Positions 12,331 through 24,805 of a DNA stretch of 64,000 nt are shown here, in pieces. Both the position numbers and the translations under genes were made by a program. The notes under the pieces were generated by a model. The model was not told the origin of the DNA. It saw only the letters and a list, made by a program, of their open reading frames with translations, and did no database searches. Each line of letters starts with the position of its first letter. Position 1 is the stretch's first letter. Source of the DNA: Mustelus asterias (lineage: Eukaryota); the NCBI RefSeq assembly GCF_964213995.1, contig NW_027590142.1:434001-498000 (forward strand), read 5' to 3'.

Positions 12331-12972
12331 AAAGAAACAGTTCTCCCACCGAAGGACCAGTTTCTGCACATGGAACTCCTTGAAACTACAACATAATGTT
12401 CGGTGTTTCAATGCCGTTTTTCATGCCTTACGGGCCTTCGAGAGCGAAAGTCAAAGCTTTTGCAAACTTTCGATATCCATACACATGATTGATTATTTAT
12501 ATTCTCTGGAGTGTAAGAAATTCATGCTGATAATAAGATACATGAGAAATAGAAACATGGTAGACCAATCCACCTTGGGGACCCGCTGTACAATTCAGGA
12601 ATGTTCAGATCTGATCATCTACCTTAATGCTAACTGTGCGTCCTATTTCCAAATCCATTGATTCCATTAGTACTCAAAAATAAAATCCATGGAACGGTTC
12701 AGCACCCTCAGCCTCGACACAGCCCAATTCTTGAGGGATTCATTGTGCTTCAGTGAGCACAATCGCATGTTTTTGAAATCGACAAAAAACATAATGCAAA
12801 CAGATTTTTCCACCATCAGCGATCAATATGTGGAAGAGAATTCAATTCTAACGTTTTGGAATTCTGCCAAAATAATTGTTTATAGGAAGGAAATAAAAAT
12901 CCGACAGGATATAATTATTTTTAGTCACTGATTGCGCATGAAATGTCGCCGACAACTATAAAATTAGCTCTT

Positions 12973-15499
12973 AACATAGAACATAGAACAGTACAGCACA
13001 GAACAGGCCCTTCGGCCCACGATGTTGTGCCGAGCTTTATCTGAAACCAAGATCAAGCTATCCCATTCCCTATCATCCTGGTGTGCTCCATGTGCCTATC
13101 CAATAACCGCTTAATTGTTCCTAAAGTGTCTGACTCCACTATCACAGCAGGCAGTCCATTCCACACCCCAACCACTCACTGCGTAAAGAACCTACCTCTG
13201 ATATCCTTCCTGTATCTCCCACTACGAACCCTATAGTTATGCCCCCTTGTAATAGCTCCATTCACCCGAGGAAATAGTCTTTGAACGTTCACTCTATCTA
13301 TCCCCTTCATCATTTTATAAACCTCTGTTAAGTCTCCCCTCAGCCTCCTCCGCTACAGAAAGAACAGCCCTAGCTCCCTCAACCTTTCCTCATAAGACCT
13401 ACCCTCCAAACCAGGCAGCATCCTGGTAAATCTCCTCTGCACTCTTTCCAGCGCTTCCACATCCTTCTTATAGTGAGGTGACCAGAACTGCACACAATAT
13501 TCCAAATGTGGTCTCACCAAGGTCCGTACAGTTGCAGCATAACCGCACGGCTCTTAAACTCCAACCCCCTGATAATAAAAGCTAACACACTATAGGCCTT
13601 CTTCACAGCTCTATCCACTTGAGTGGCAACCTTTAGAGATCTGTGGATATGAACCCCAAGATCTCTCTGTTCCTCCGCAGTCTTCACAACCCTACATTTG
13701 ACCCTGTAATCCACATTTAAATTAGTCCTACCAAAATGAATCACCTCACATTTATTAGGGTTAAACTCCATTTGCCATTTTTCAGCCCAGCTTTGCATCC
13801 TATCTATTTCTCTTTGCAGCCTACAACAGCCTCCCTCATCCACTACTCCACCAATCTTGGTGTCATCAGCAAATTTACTGATCCACCCTTCAGCCCCCTC
13901 CTCTAAGTCATTAATAAAACTCACAAAGAGCAGAGGACCAAGCACTGACCCTGCGGCACTCCGCTAGCAACCTGCCTCCAATCTGAATATTTTCCATCGA
14001 CCACCACCCTCTGTCTTCGATCAGACAGCCAGTTACCTATCCAATCGGCCAACTTTCCCTCTATCCCACACCTCCTCACTTTCATCATAAGCCGACCATG
14101 GGGGACCTTATCAAACGCCTTACTAAAATCCATGTATATGACATCAACTGCCCTACCTTCATCAACACACTTAGTTGCCCCCTCAAAAAATTCTATCAAA
14201 TTTGTGAGGCACGACTTGCCCTTCACGAATCCGTGCTGACTATCTCGGATTAATCCACATCTTTCTAAATGGTCGTAAATCCCATCTCTAAGGATCTTTT
14301 CCATCAATTTACCAACCACCGAAGTAAGACTAACCGGTCTATAATTACCAGGGTCATTTCTATTCCCTTTCTTAAACAGAGGAACAACATTCGCCATTCT
14401 CCAGTCTTCTGGCACCATCCCCGTGGACAGCGAGGACTCAAAGATCAAAGCCAAAGACTCTGCAATCCCATCCCTTGCCTCCCAAAGAATCCTAGGATAC
14501 ATTTCATCAGGCCCAGGGGACTTATCGACCTTCAGTTTATTCAAAACTGCCAGGACATCCTCCCTCCGAACATCTATTTCCTCCAGCCTATTAGCATGTA
14601 ACACCTTCTCTTCCTCAAAAACATGGCCCCTCTCCTTGGTGAACACTGAAGAAAAGTATTCATTCATCACCTCGCCTATCTCTACTGACTCCATACACAA
14701 GTTCCCACTACTGTCCTTGACCGGCCCTAACCTCACACTGGTCATTCTTTTATTCCTCACATAAGAGTAAAAAGCCTTGGGGTTTTCCTTGATCCGACCC
14801 GCCAAGGGCTTCTCGTGTCCCCTCCTAGCTCTCCCAAGCCCCTTTTTCAGCTCATTCCTTGCTAACTTGTAACCCTCAATCGAGGCATCTGAACGTTGTT
14901 TCCTCATCCCTACATAAGCTTCCCTCTTCCTTTTCACAAGACATTCCACCTCTTTCGTGAACCATGGTTCCCTCACTCGGCCATTTCCTCCCTGCCTGAC
15001 AGGAACATACCTATCAAGGACATCCAGTATTTGTTCCTTGAAAAAGTTCCACTTTTCATTAGTTCCTTTCTCTGACAGTTTCTGTTCCCAACTTATGCCC
15101 CCTAATTCTTACCTAATCGCATCATAATTACCTCTCCCCCAATTGTAAACCTTGCCCTGCCGTACGGCCATATCCCTCTCCATTGCAATAACAAAAGACA
15201 CCGAATTGTGGTCACTATCTCCAAAGTGCTCTCCCACAACCAAATCTAACACTTGGCCCGATTCATTTCCCAGTCCCAAATCCAATGTGGCCTCACCTCT
15301 TGTCGGCCTATCCACATATTGTGTCAGGAAACCCTCCTGCGCACACTGCACAAAAACTGCCCCATCCGAACTATTTGACCTACAAAGGCTCCAATCAATA
15401 TTTGGAAAGTTAAAGTCCCCCATGATAACTACCCTGTGACCCCCACACATATCCATAATCTGCTTAGCAATTTCTTCCTCCACATCTCTATTACTATAG
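12973..15499 (-). mobile_element. 5'-truncated CR1 LINE (part of EN, plus RT) with 7-bp TSD
   Basis: ORF2 pieces GDFNFP...SDHN, PVSLTSVVGK, DFSKAFDKVPH, KFADDTK. (AACATAG)n tail. agctctt flanks both ends (12966-12972 and 15500-15506). Confidence 0.93.
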
Positions 15500-16093
15500 A
15501 GCTCTTGAAGCTATTTGGGTCTTGTTCCTGTTTTCCTGTCACTGCAGGTACTGGATCTGCCGCTGCAATTTTGGGTTGCCTCTCCCGGTACCTCATTGAC
15601 ATTTCCTGGAGCAGAGAGAAATCCTGTGCTCAGTGGCTCCGCTTTCTCCCAGCGGGGAGCGGGGTTCGGAGTGTCCACAAGGTGCTTTTTATTCATTGAT
15701 GAGAAATGGGTGTCGACGCTGCCCATCTCCAGTTACCCAGAGGCAGTTGAGAGTCAGACACATTGCTGTGGCTCTACAGTCACATGTACGCCAGACAGGT
15801 AAAGACGGCAGATTTCCTTCCCTGAAGGACATTGGTGAAGCAGATGGGGTTTTCTGACCATCGTCAATGGTTTCATGGTCATCAGTCGATTCTTAATTCC
15901 AGATATGTTCATTGAATTGAAATTCCTCCATCTGCCCTGGCGGGCTCCCAGAACTTTAGCTGTGTTTTTGAATTCATTGTCCGGTGATAATTCCTCTTGG
16001 TCACGGCCTCCCCTAATGGGCGCTCACTGAAACCAGTTAGGAGAGTGAGAGTGCAGGCTGTTGTGAGGATTAACCGATGCCTTCCTTAATCCA

Positions 16094-16641
16094 TGATTTG
16101 AAGATGCCGGCGTTGGAATGGGGTGGGGACGGTAAGAAGTCTCACAACACCAGGTTAAAGTCCAACAGCTTTATTTGGAATCACGAGCTTTCCGACTGCT
16201 GCTACTTCCTCAGGTGAGTGGAGAGTTGGGTTCGCAAACACGGTATATATAGACATAGACGCAATTCCAAGGTAATGGTTGGAATGCGAGTCTCTGAGGA
16301 CGGCCTCAGCCGGGATCTTGGGTTCATTTCACACTACATGCAACCTCCATCATTTTGCCTGGGCTTGCAATGTCCTACCATCTGTCCTGGCTTGAGGTAA
16401 TTCACACATCTTTCACCTGTGATTATCCCTCTCTCCACTCGCGTTGTCTGCACCTGTAAAGACTTGATGACCTGTAAAGACTTGCATCCCAACCATTGCA
16501 TTGCAATTGTGTTTCTTTCTATATATGCCGTGTTTGTGAACCCAACTCTCCACTCACCTAAGAAAGGAGCAGTGCTCCGAAAGTTCGTAATTCCAAATAA
16601 ACCCGTTGGCCTTTAATCTAGCGTTGGGAGACGTTTTACTG
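16094..16641. mobile_element. Penelope-like fold-back element
   Basis: Inverted termini (aacaccaggttaaagtccaac ... gttggcctttaatctagcgtt). Imperfect TSD ttccttaa(t/a)cca. Two opposed hammerhead-like motifs. Confidence 0.65.
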
Positions 16642-16936
16642 TTCCTTAAACCAATAATAGTCCAGATTGGGTAAACTGAACCTCCCTCCCTGTGGGATAC
16701 CTGTCCTTCGGGGTCTCACATTGCTTCAATCTGGTCTCATAGCCTGACTCTTCGAGTTGTGAGACTCTTCGGTTTCTTAATCTGCTCCCAGGTCTAAATC
16801 TGCAGTTGAAAATCTTCCACTGGAAAACACCCTGCTTTAGAAGCAGAGAATTGAAGTGATGCTGATAACGAATTTAAACTGACGGTGAACACTAACCTAA
16901 ACAGGCTGCAACATAATGGGATTAGGAGTCACTTAC

Positions 16937-16988
16937 CGGTTGTGATAGTCACCACCATCCCAGACCCATCTGCAATCTCCATTCTCCC
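16937..16988 (-). CDS. NAR-TCR-type J segment
   Basis: Encodes GRMEIADGSGMVVTITT, an IgNAR-like DGxG.VVTI motif. Ends in a phase-1 donor g|gtaagt and is preceded by a consensus heptamer. Confidence 0.85.
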
Positions 16989-17027
16989 CACAGTGTCAGC
17001 GCTCTCAGTCAGCCCAGCACAAGAATG
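16989..17027 (-). other. J 23-RSS (cacagtg, 23 bp, acaagaatg as read on +)
   Basis: Consensus heptamer abuts the J; spacer 16996-17018. Confidence 0.8.
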
Positions 17028-17361
17028 ACTGACACCTCAAACTGCCGAGCAGCCATTACCGAGCAATCAGTGTTTCTCGATTATTCAGGGGATTTGAATC
17101 AATAATGAACATTGGATGTTTAAAAAAAACCTCATTGGACCAAACTTTTCCTTGTGACTCTCTGAGTTCCTGGTAAAATTTCCCAGGAACAGGAGCAGAG
17201 ATGCAAGATTCTTATTAATGGCGAAAAACCTGGAAGAATTATAACTGATAGGTGGAAATTAAAATGAAATTAAACTAGATTGAACTGGGAATAACATCAA
17301 CCCGACAAGTCAAGTTACCGAACATGGGAATTGCTGGGAATTACTGTTTTGATTGTCCTGA

Positions 17362-17401
17362 GGGTTTTGTCGATCTCTCTCCCAGTGCGGTGTCCTATGT
17401 G
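17362..17401 (-). other. Degenerate RSS of the NAR-like V (cacatag, 24 bp, acaaaaccc)
   Basis: Near-consensus nonamer. Spacer is one nt too long and the heptamer 3' half is non-consensus. Confidence 0.65.
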
Positions 17402-17873
17402 AGTAGTACCAGTGCTGAACTTTACAGTAATCGGTGGCACTGTCTTCAACTCTCACATCCCGAATTTCCAGTGAAAATGTCTTTTCTGCTTTATTCGCCA
17501 ATACAATAAATCTCCCTCCGCTGGAGATCCGCTCCTGCTCCGTCCCGGTCTGGATTTGTCTGAAAAATTGACCATTTTCTAAATCATGAACTTCACAGAA
17601 AACACAGGTGATGGTAAGAGACTGACACTCCTTCCTGGTCAACGCTGCCAGGCTCTGTGTCACTGGCAGATTGAAAGATCCTGGAAATTAAACACAGAGA
17701 GTTTAATGGACCATCAGAGCCGAACCAAACAAAGGGGCTAAAATCCGAGACAGTGTCCGTAATTGAGATGGACACGAGGCAGCTTTATATTCAATCCACG
17801 CAATGTGGGTTAGTTTGATCGGTACTCATCAGGGTAAACAGGCACACAGGGTGAAAACAAGAAGGATTCCCAT
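17402..17873 (-). pseudogene. NAR-TCR V (IgNAR-like V domain), probably defective (leader from 17873, V exon 17680-17402)
   Basis: V exon reads VTQSLAALTRKECQSLTITC...FFRQIQTGTEQERISSGGRF...NKAEKTFSLEIRDVRVEDSATDYCKVQ. This is an IgNAR-type short FR2 with no CDR2 and an extra FR1 Cys. Leader MGILLVFTLCACLP is followed by tgatgagt (no GT donor). Confidence 0.85.
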
Positions 17874-18200
17874 TGTTCTGCTGTCTGGAGCTGACGGTTT
17901 ATATGCCAGGGAGCTGAGGCTACAGAGCTGGACTGCTCTGGGAGACTGGCTCTCAGAGCTGCACTGAAGTCTTTCAGACCCGAACATCGGTGAATTCAGC
18001 CACGCCCACAGTTTAAAATGAAACTCCAGTATTTAAATGGGGAACTGAGCTGTGAATTTTCAGTCGAAACTCCCGGCAGCGAGAATCCAGAATTTCAGCA
18101 GGTGATCGACAGTTGTGGGTGGCGTGCTCGACTTGGTTTCGAATAGATTATTTATTGTTATTGATTCAATGGATGTGGGCTTCGCTGGCGATGCCAGTAG

Positions 18201-19586
18201 AGTCATAGAGTCATAGAGGTTTACAGCATGGAAACAGGCCCTTCGGCCCAACTTGTCCATGCCGCCCTTTTTTTTTTAAACCACTAAGCGAATCCCAATT
18301 GCCCGCATTTGGCCCTTATCCCTCTATACTCATCGTACCCATGTAACTATCTAAATGCTTTTTAAAAGACAAAATTGTACCCGCCTCCACTACTACCTCA
18401 CCACCCTCTGTGTGAAGAAAAGGCCACTCTGGACACTTTTGTGTCTCTCCCCTCTCACCTTAAACCTATGCCCTCTAGTTTTAGACTCTGCAAGTCTGGG
18501 AAAAGACATTGACTATCTAGCTGGTCTATGCCCCTCATTATTTTAAAGACCTCCATAAGATCACCCCTCAGCCTCATAGGCTCCAGAGAAAAAAGTACCA
18601 GTCTATCCAGCCTCTCCTTATAACTCAATCCATCAAGTCGCGGTAGCATCCTAGTAAATCTTTTCTGCACTCTTTCTCGTTTAATAATATCCTTTCTATA
18701 ATAGGGTTACTAAAATTGCACACAGTATTCCAAGTGTGGCCTTACCAATGTCTTGTACAACTTCAACAAGACGTCCCAACTCCTGTATTCAATGTTCTGG
18801 CCGATGAATCCAAGCATGCCGAATGCCTTTTTCACCACTCTGTCCACCTGAGACTCCACTTGAAAGTGGAGTCTCAGGTGGACCACTTGAGACTCCACTT
18901 GAGTCCACTTTGTTCTGTAACGCTTCCCAACGCCCTACCATTAACTGAGTAAGTCCTGCCCTGGTTCAAACTACCAAAATACATCACCTCGCCTTTGTCT
19001 AAATTAAACTCCATCTGCCATTCGGCAGCCCAGTGGCCCAATCAAGATCCCGTTGCAATTGAAGATAACTTTCTTCACTGTCCACTATACCACCAATCTT
19101 ACTGTTATCTGCAAACTTAGTAACCATGCCTCCTATATTCTCATCCAAATCATTAATATAAATGGCAAATAACAGTGGACCCAGCACTGATCCCTGAGGC
19201 ACACTGCTGGTCACAGGCCTCCAGTTTGAAAAACAACCCTCTACAACCAACCTCTGGCTTCCATCAAGAAGTCAATTTTGTATCCATTTAGATACCTCAC
19301 CCTGGATCCCGTGAGATTTAACCTCATGCAACAACCGACCATGCGGTACTTTGTGAAAGGCCTTGCTAAAGTCCATGTAGACAACATCGACTGCACTGCC
19401 CTCATCTACCTTCTTGGTTACCTCTTCAAAAAACTCAATCAAATTTGTGAGACATGATTTTCCCCTCACAAAGTCATGCTGCCTGTCCCTAATCAGTCAT
19501 TGCGTCTCTAAATTCCTGTAGATTCTGTCTCTCAAAATAACTTCCAACAATTTACCCACTACAGATGTGAGGCTCACGGGCCTATT
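18201..19586 (-). mobile_element. 5'-truncated CR1 LINE with TSD ccagtag, nested in an older repeat
   Basis: (AGTCATAG)n tail and RT motifs. ccagtag(a) at 18194 and 19587. The two flanks join into one older LINE-tail repeat. Confidence 0.9.
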
Positions 19587-20514
19587 CCAGTAGACATTAC
19601 CAATCTCTAATTGCCCTTGATAACGTGGTGGTGAACTGCCTTCTTAAGAGGTTGCAGTCTCTGCGGTGTATGTAAACACACAGCGCTGCTAGGGAGGGAA
19701 TTCCAGAATATTTTCCAGGGGACAGTGAAGGAATCGAGTACATTTCCAAGTCTGGAAAGTGATAGTGTTCCAATGTGTCCTGCTCGGTTTCAGCTGTTGT
19801 GTGCTTGAAATGTACCGCTTAACGAGGCTTGGTGAGTTCCTGCAGTGCATCGTGTATGTAATGCAGACGGCTGCATTGGTGGTGGAGGGAATGAATGTTA
19901 GGGTCCATTAAAACTGATTTCAAACAATCGACATGCAAAGCAAAATGAATGCTTTCTGAGGGGTGCATGCCATTATGTAACGTAATACCGCGACGGGAGA
20001 GACGATTTCGATTTTGTTTATCCCTGTATCCTAATCAAACAGGGGACCATGATGAAGCAATATTATAGAGAGAGCCTAGTGAATTCATGAATGACAGAAC
20101 GACTACGAAATAAATAACTAGAGCTTTAGAACCACCAAAAAACAAGGAGAATCTAGCTAGCACAATAGAAATGGGGTCCAGAGAAAAATAAACATGGAAA
20201 GAAACGACTGGAATAGTCAAGACGGCTGGAATTGTTATCAACATATGTATTAATTTCCATATGTTCTTCTGTCGGATTTTTTGACAGCTCCCACGTGGTG
20301 CGCATTGGGCAGTTTCATGATGTTTCCGGTGCTGTGTGAATGTGTTTGTGAGAATGCATGCTATTGTGACGTGATGGTCGGTGGAGTCTGTCGGCATCAT
20401 TTGTACTGTCTGGGAATGACTTACATTTTATGAGGAACTTACATGTTGCATGGGACTCCTACTTCTGTTATATGAGGCCATTCGATAGCATGTGACTGTC
20501 ACTGTCATTTCGAT

Positions 20515-20700
20515 ACAAAAACAGAAAATGCTGGAAAATCTCAGCAGGTCTGACAGCATCTGCAGAGAGAAAATAGAGCCAATGTTTCGAGTCTGAATGA
20601 CCCTTTGTCAGACCGCTTCGCTCCACAGATGCTGTCAGACCTGCTGGGATTTTCCAGCATTTTCTGTTTTTGTTCCAGATTCCAGCTTCAGTAGTTTTTT
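20515..20700. mobile_element. Short fold-back repeat (second PLE-derived family; also ~11225-11370, 46440-46565, 47340-47485, 61240-61410)
   Basis: acaaaaacagaaaatgctggaaaatctcagcaggtctgacagcatctg is mirrored by cagatgctgtcagacctgctgggattttccagcattttctgtttttgt. Confidence 0.6.
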
Positions 20701-21099
20701 AAATCTTACTATCATTCCGATTTTCATCAGTTCTAATGTCACTGAGCTATGCTGCCTGCTGCCTCGTAGCTATAATATTTTTTAGCTGTATCATTATAAT
20801 GAACATTTCACATGATAAACATCCGTTACTTTTGCCCAAGTATTAAGTAATTCAACTCAAAATTACCCAGGCTGCAGGAGACATAAAGACTAGATCGTCC
20901 CCTCCCTGGAATATCGCAATATTCTAACCCCTCCCAGAATGAACCTGGAAAATGAATGCTGAATCTGTTTGTTCAAGTCAGTGTAAATAATGTTGGAAAT
21001 TAATTGCGTCCCTGTAGATTTCCAACAGTATTAATGTGGGTGCCTGTGACTTTGTGACAGAGAATCTTTGTGTTTAACTGTCATCGTTTCTCATACAGA

Positions 21100-23221
21100 A
21101 TGCACGGGCGAATATCTGGTGTAGTTTATGCCATTTACTATCCAATTCTTGCTGCCATTGGGGTTCCGGGTAAGTCGTGGTACTAAATCATTAACTTGAC
21201 GCATCATTGATTTATGAAGTTAGCGCTCATTATGGTAATAAAGAACATGACATAATTGTTTCCAGCTTTCTTCTAAAACATTATTGCTCAGTGGTAGCCT
21301 GTCTTTTCATCACTTAAGTATGTATTTTATTTAAACTTAAGCCTTACTCATTAAGTCTCTGACACATTCAATACTCTGTGGCTGTTCTTGCCAGTATGTG
21401 TATACCGAGGTGAGGTTATTCATATCTTTGTAACCTATAGTTCCTGGGCATTCAGCTACAGGGATAACGTGAGAAAACATTTCCAGCAATACAATCTTTG
21501 GGCATGATTCCAAAATCAGCGGGCACAACCTTCCAGTATTTACTCTGTCAAGCCTTTCAAGAAGTTGGTTTGTTTCAACAAGATCGTCTTTACTCTTCGA
21601 AACTCCAGACAATATATATCCTTTTTTTCACTTCTCATTACGGAACAATTAGTGTCATTGCTCAACAGATTGGAAATGTATTTTCCCAGCAAGCGGGATT
21701 TCTGATTAAAACACATCTGATGCTCCTTAAATTGTGTTAACTTGACACATCATACTTACTGAAAATATTCCCGTGGAATCCTAACAAGCCAAACCGAATC
21801 CTTATCACATTATACGTTTTAACAACACAGGTGTAACTAATATGTCAAGCGTATTTACAGGCTATTCTGCTTATCTGTTACATGGTCCAAAGCTTGAATG
21901 CCGAATTTTACATGCAACCCGGAGATCTACAGCCTTTCGGTCCCGAACATTGCAATTGCTGCCATTGCCATTCTTCCTCACTCTGCTCATTATATAGTTT
22001 CCTTAAGTGTATTTCATTGTCAAGTTATTCAGCATTTAACTTCATATCGCCTCATGTTATTAGGTGTCAAATTTTGCTGCATTGCTTTCCTGTGAAGCGA
22101 CTTGAGACACCCTTTGCGTTAAATTTGCAACATAAATGGAGTCTGCCCTTGTAGCTCTTTTTGAAATATAATTAACCTTGAAAAGCCAAGAATAGCTGTC
22201 TTCCATAACGAAGATAAACCAGCAAAAGTGTCAAAAAAAAACCCGCAGCACCCATGCGTGTGCTTGGAATTTGTTGAATAAATTTACAACTTTAATTTTG
22301 CTTTTGCTCTCAGTTAACTTGATGGCTATTGTGATCCTCTCCCGAGGAAGGTGTGGTCTCTCCAAATGCATCACTCGATATCTGGTTTCCATGGCAGTGA
22401 CGGATCTCCTTGTCGTTGTCACTGCTGTGATATTCAACCGGATTATTGGCATTTATTTTCCAGTAGGTTTTATGTCGTTGACTCCAGCCTGTACTCTGAG
22501 TACTGTGATAATATATGCAGCCACGGAGAGTTCTGTCTGGTTAACCGTCGTTTTCACCTTTGATCGTTATGTAGCCATTTGCTGCCAGAAACTGCAAGCA
22601 AACTATTGCACCGAGAAAACTGCAGCTGTGGTGATTGGAATGGTCTGTTTGTTGAGTTGTTTAAAAAGCATTCCCTGGTATTTTATGTATGAACCGCTCT
22701 ATATAATGAACAATGTGCCATGGTTTTGTAATATAAAGTCAGCTTTCTACACTTCCTTCTCATGGACAGCCTATGATTGGTTTGCACGTATATTAAATCC
22801 CATTCTGCCATTCCTTCTGATTTTGTTGTTTAATGTACTGACCGTCAGACACATCCTGGCGGCCAGTAGATCCCGCCGTCGACTCCGGGCTCACAGCAGT
22901 GCAGATAATCAGAGTGATCCAGAAATGAAGAACAGGAAGAAATCTGTTGTTTTACTCTTCGCCATTTCGGGAAGTTTCATTCTGTTGTGGATGACATACG
23001 TTGTGGATTTCCTCTATGTGAAAATTACAAATGAAGCATATTTCGGAGGATCCAATTTCAATGACCCAAAATTCATTCGCCAAGAAAGTGGAAACATGCT
23101 GCAGCTGCTGAGCTGTTGCACTAACACGTGTATTTATGCAGTGACGCAGAGGAAATTCCGAGAAGAATTGAAACATGCAGCAATATATATTGGCAGTCTC
23201 GTTGTAAGCATAGTAAAGTAG
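21100..23221 (+). CDS. GPR139-like class A GPCR, 2 coding exons (21100-21169, 22314-23221), ~325 aa
   Basis: Exon 1 reads MHGRISGVVYAIYYPILAAIGVP g|gtaagt and joins phase-1 cag|tt (VNLMAIVIL). Features: TM2 AVTDLL, FTFDRYVAIC, TM7 NTCIY, seven hydrophobic segments and no stops. The GPR139/142-like assignment is from recognised motifs. Confidence 0.88.
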
Positions 23222-24200
23222 AAAATCCAAAAGGTTTGGTTTAAATTACAAATCGAAATGTATATTTTTATCACAGAATTTTTCGCCTTGACTTGTAAGG
23301 TGAAATTGGTCTTCAGCAGCTCTGTAAGAAAACTACCACGAGTTTCCCTTTTTATTCCACTGAGACGGCAATTGAAGAAAGTTGTATCACATGTAAAGAT
23401 GGCAGCTGCTTTCTGGTCACCAGGCCAATGTAACCTGTCCCTTCCATTCTGTTTCCATCCTTCCTTAGAGATTTCCTCTTAAGAAAATAAGAATCGGGAG
23501 AAGAGAGGCCACTCGGCTCCTCCAATCAGTACTGTCATTTAACATGTTTGGGACCAATCTTTTTCATGAAACAATAAATCTGCTCTGTACCTTTATCCCG
23601 TAAGCCATTCAGTGCCCCAAAATCCATCAACATCAATCCTGAACATGTTCAACGATTGAAAAACCACAGCGATCACATAGTGAAATCCAAAATTATCAAC
23701 AATTGGAGCGCAGCTATTTCTCATCATTCCAGTCGTTCTTCGTTAATCTGAAACTCTCATCCTTCACACTATCTGGATGGAGAAATAGCTTCTGAGTATT
23801 CACGCTGTTAACTTCAAACAGGAGTTGAAACATGTCACTGAGAACTTCTCATGATTTGAATCCAGACACTAAATACCCATACTATTCAATTTTCACCCCG
23901 TCCCTCTCGCAGTTCCTGCCTCCGGATACAAAAAGGATAGTATCAAGTATCAAGTGACCTCGTAGGTCAGAAGTGAAGTGCTAAAATAAATCAGTGAGAA
24001 AAATTATTTGATGATTTGTCCTTGCATGAATCATTGAACTAGTAGAAATGCAGGTACTCTTTCTTTGAGAAAATGTTCCACACATTAAGGCCATCAGGAA
24101 GAAAATCAGCCGGTCACAGCCCTCAGGATCTTCAAGGTTTCAACCAAGTGGCTTCTTAATCTTCGCAATTCTCACGCATTGTCTGCCTCGAATACACATC

Positions 24201-24805
24201 TGTTATGTACCCTGCTAATGTTAAATACGAGGGTATCCCAGAACCTAGAGGTGTAACTTGGAACACTGGTGCTTAATGGTTTATATTTCAATTTGGTGTC
24301 CATGAAGTACGACATGCAAACCCGGGAGGAACAGTCAAGTCTTGTTGCGATCATTTAACAAAGAACATTTATTAACATAAAAAGAAAAGCGCATGACAAG
24401 CATGACGATAAAACACCAATACAGTGCACGTAACTACACTAATGGCTATAAATACGCACGTTAACATGAAGTAACCCCTTTTTTCCCAACAACCAACTTT
24501 TCCTGAAATCTGACATGCCCCTTATTGCCAAACAGCAACCAATATTATACAACTGTATGAGCATCTAGAGCATATAAGTTCCAATTCCCTGAACGATCAC
24601 ATTGAAGTTACCTCTTCCACACCTGATTGTATTCCCCCAATCATATATGTAAACCCTTGCTTTTCTGACTGGCATGTTAGTTCACTTATCAATACCCCCT
24701 TCTTCCAGCTGTCCTCATAAATTTCCTTTTTTAAATTTATATTACCTAATTTTCTTTTGTTTTAATAAGTTTATTCCTAATCTAAATTTTTCCCAGTTCT
24801 TAACA
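24201..24805. mobile_element. Probable solo LTR
   Basis: TGTTA...TAACA termini, flanked by catc/aatc (imperfect 4-bp TSD). A related copy starts at 863. Confidence 0.5.

Noticed and set aside
17069-17131. Possible D segment of the NAR cassette
   Set aside because: Neither candidate heptamer retains CAC; too degenerate to call.
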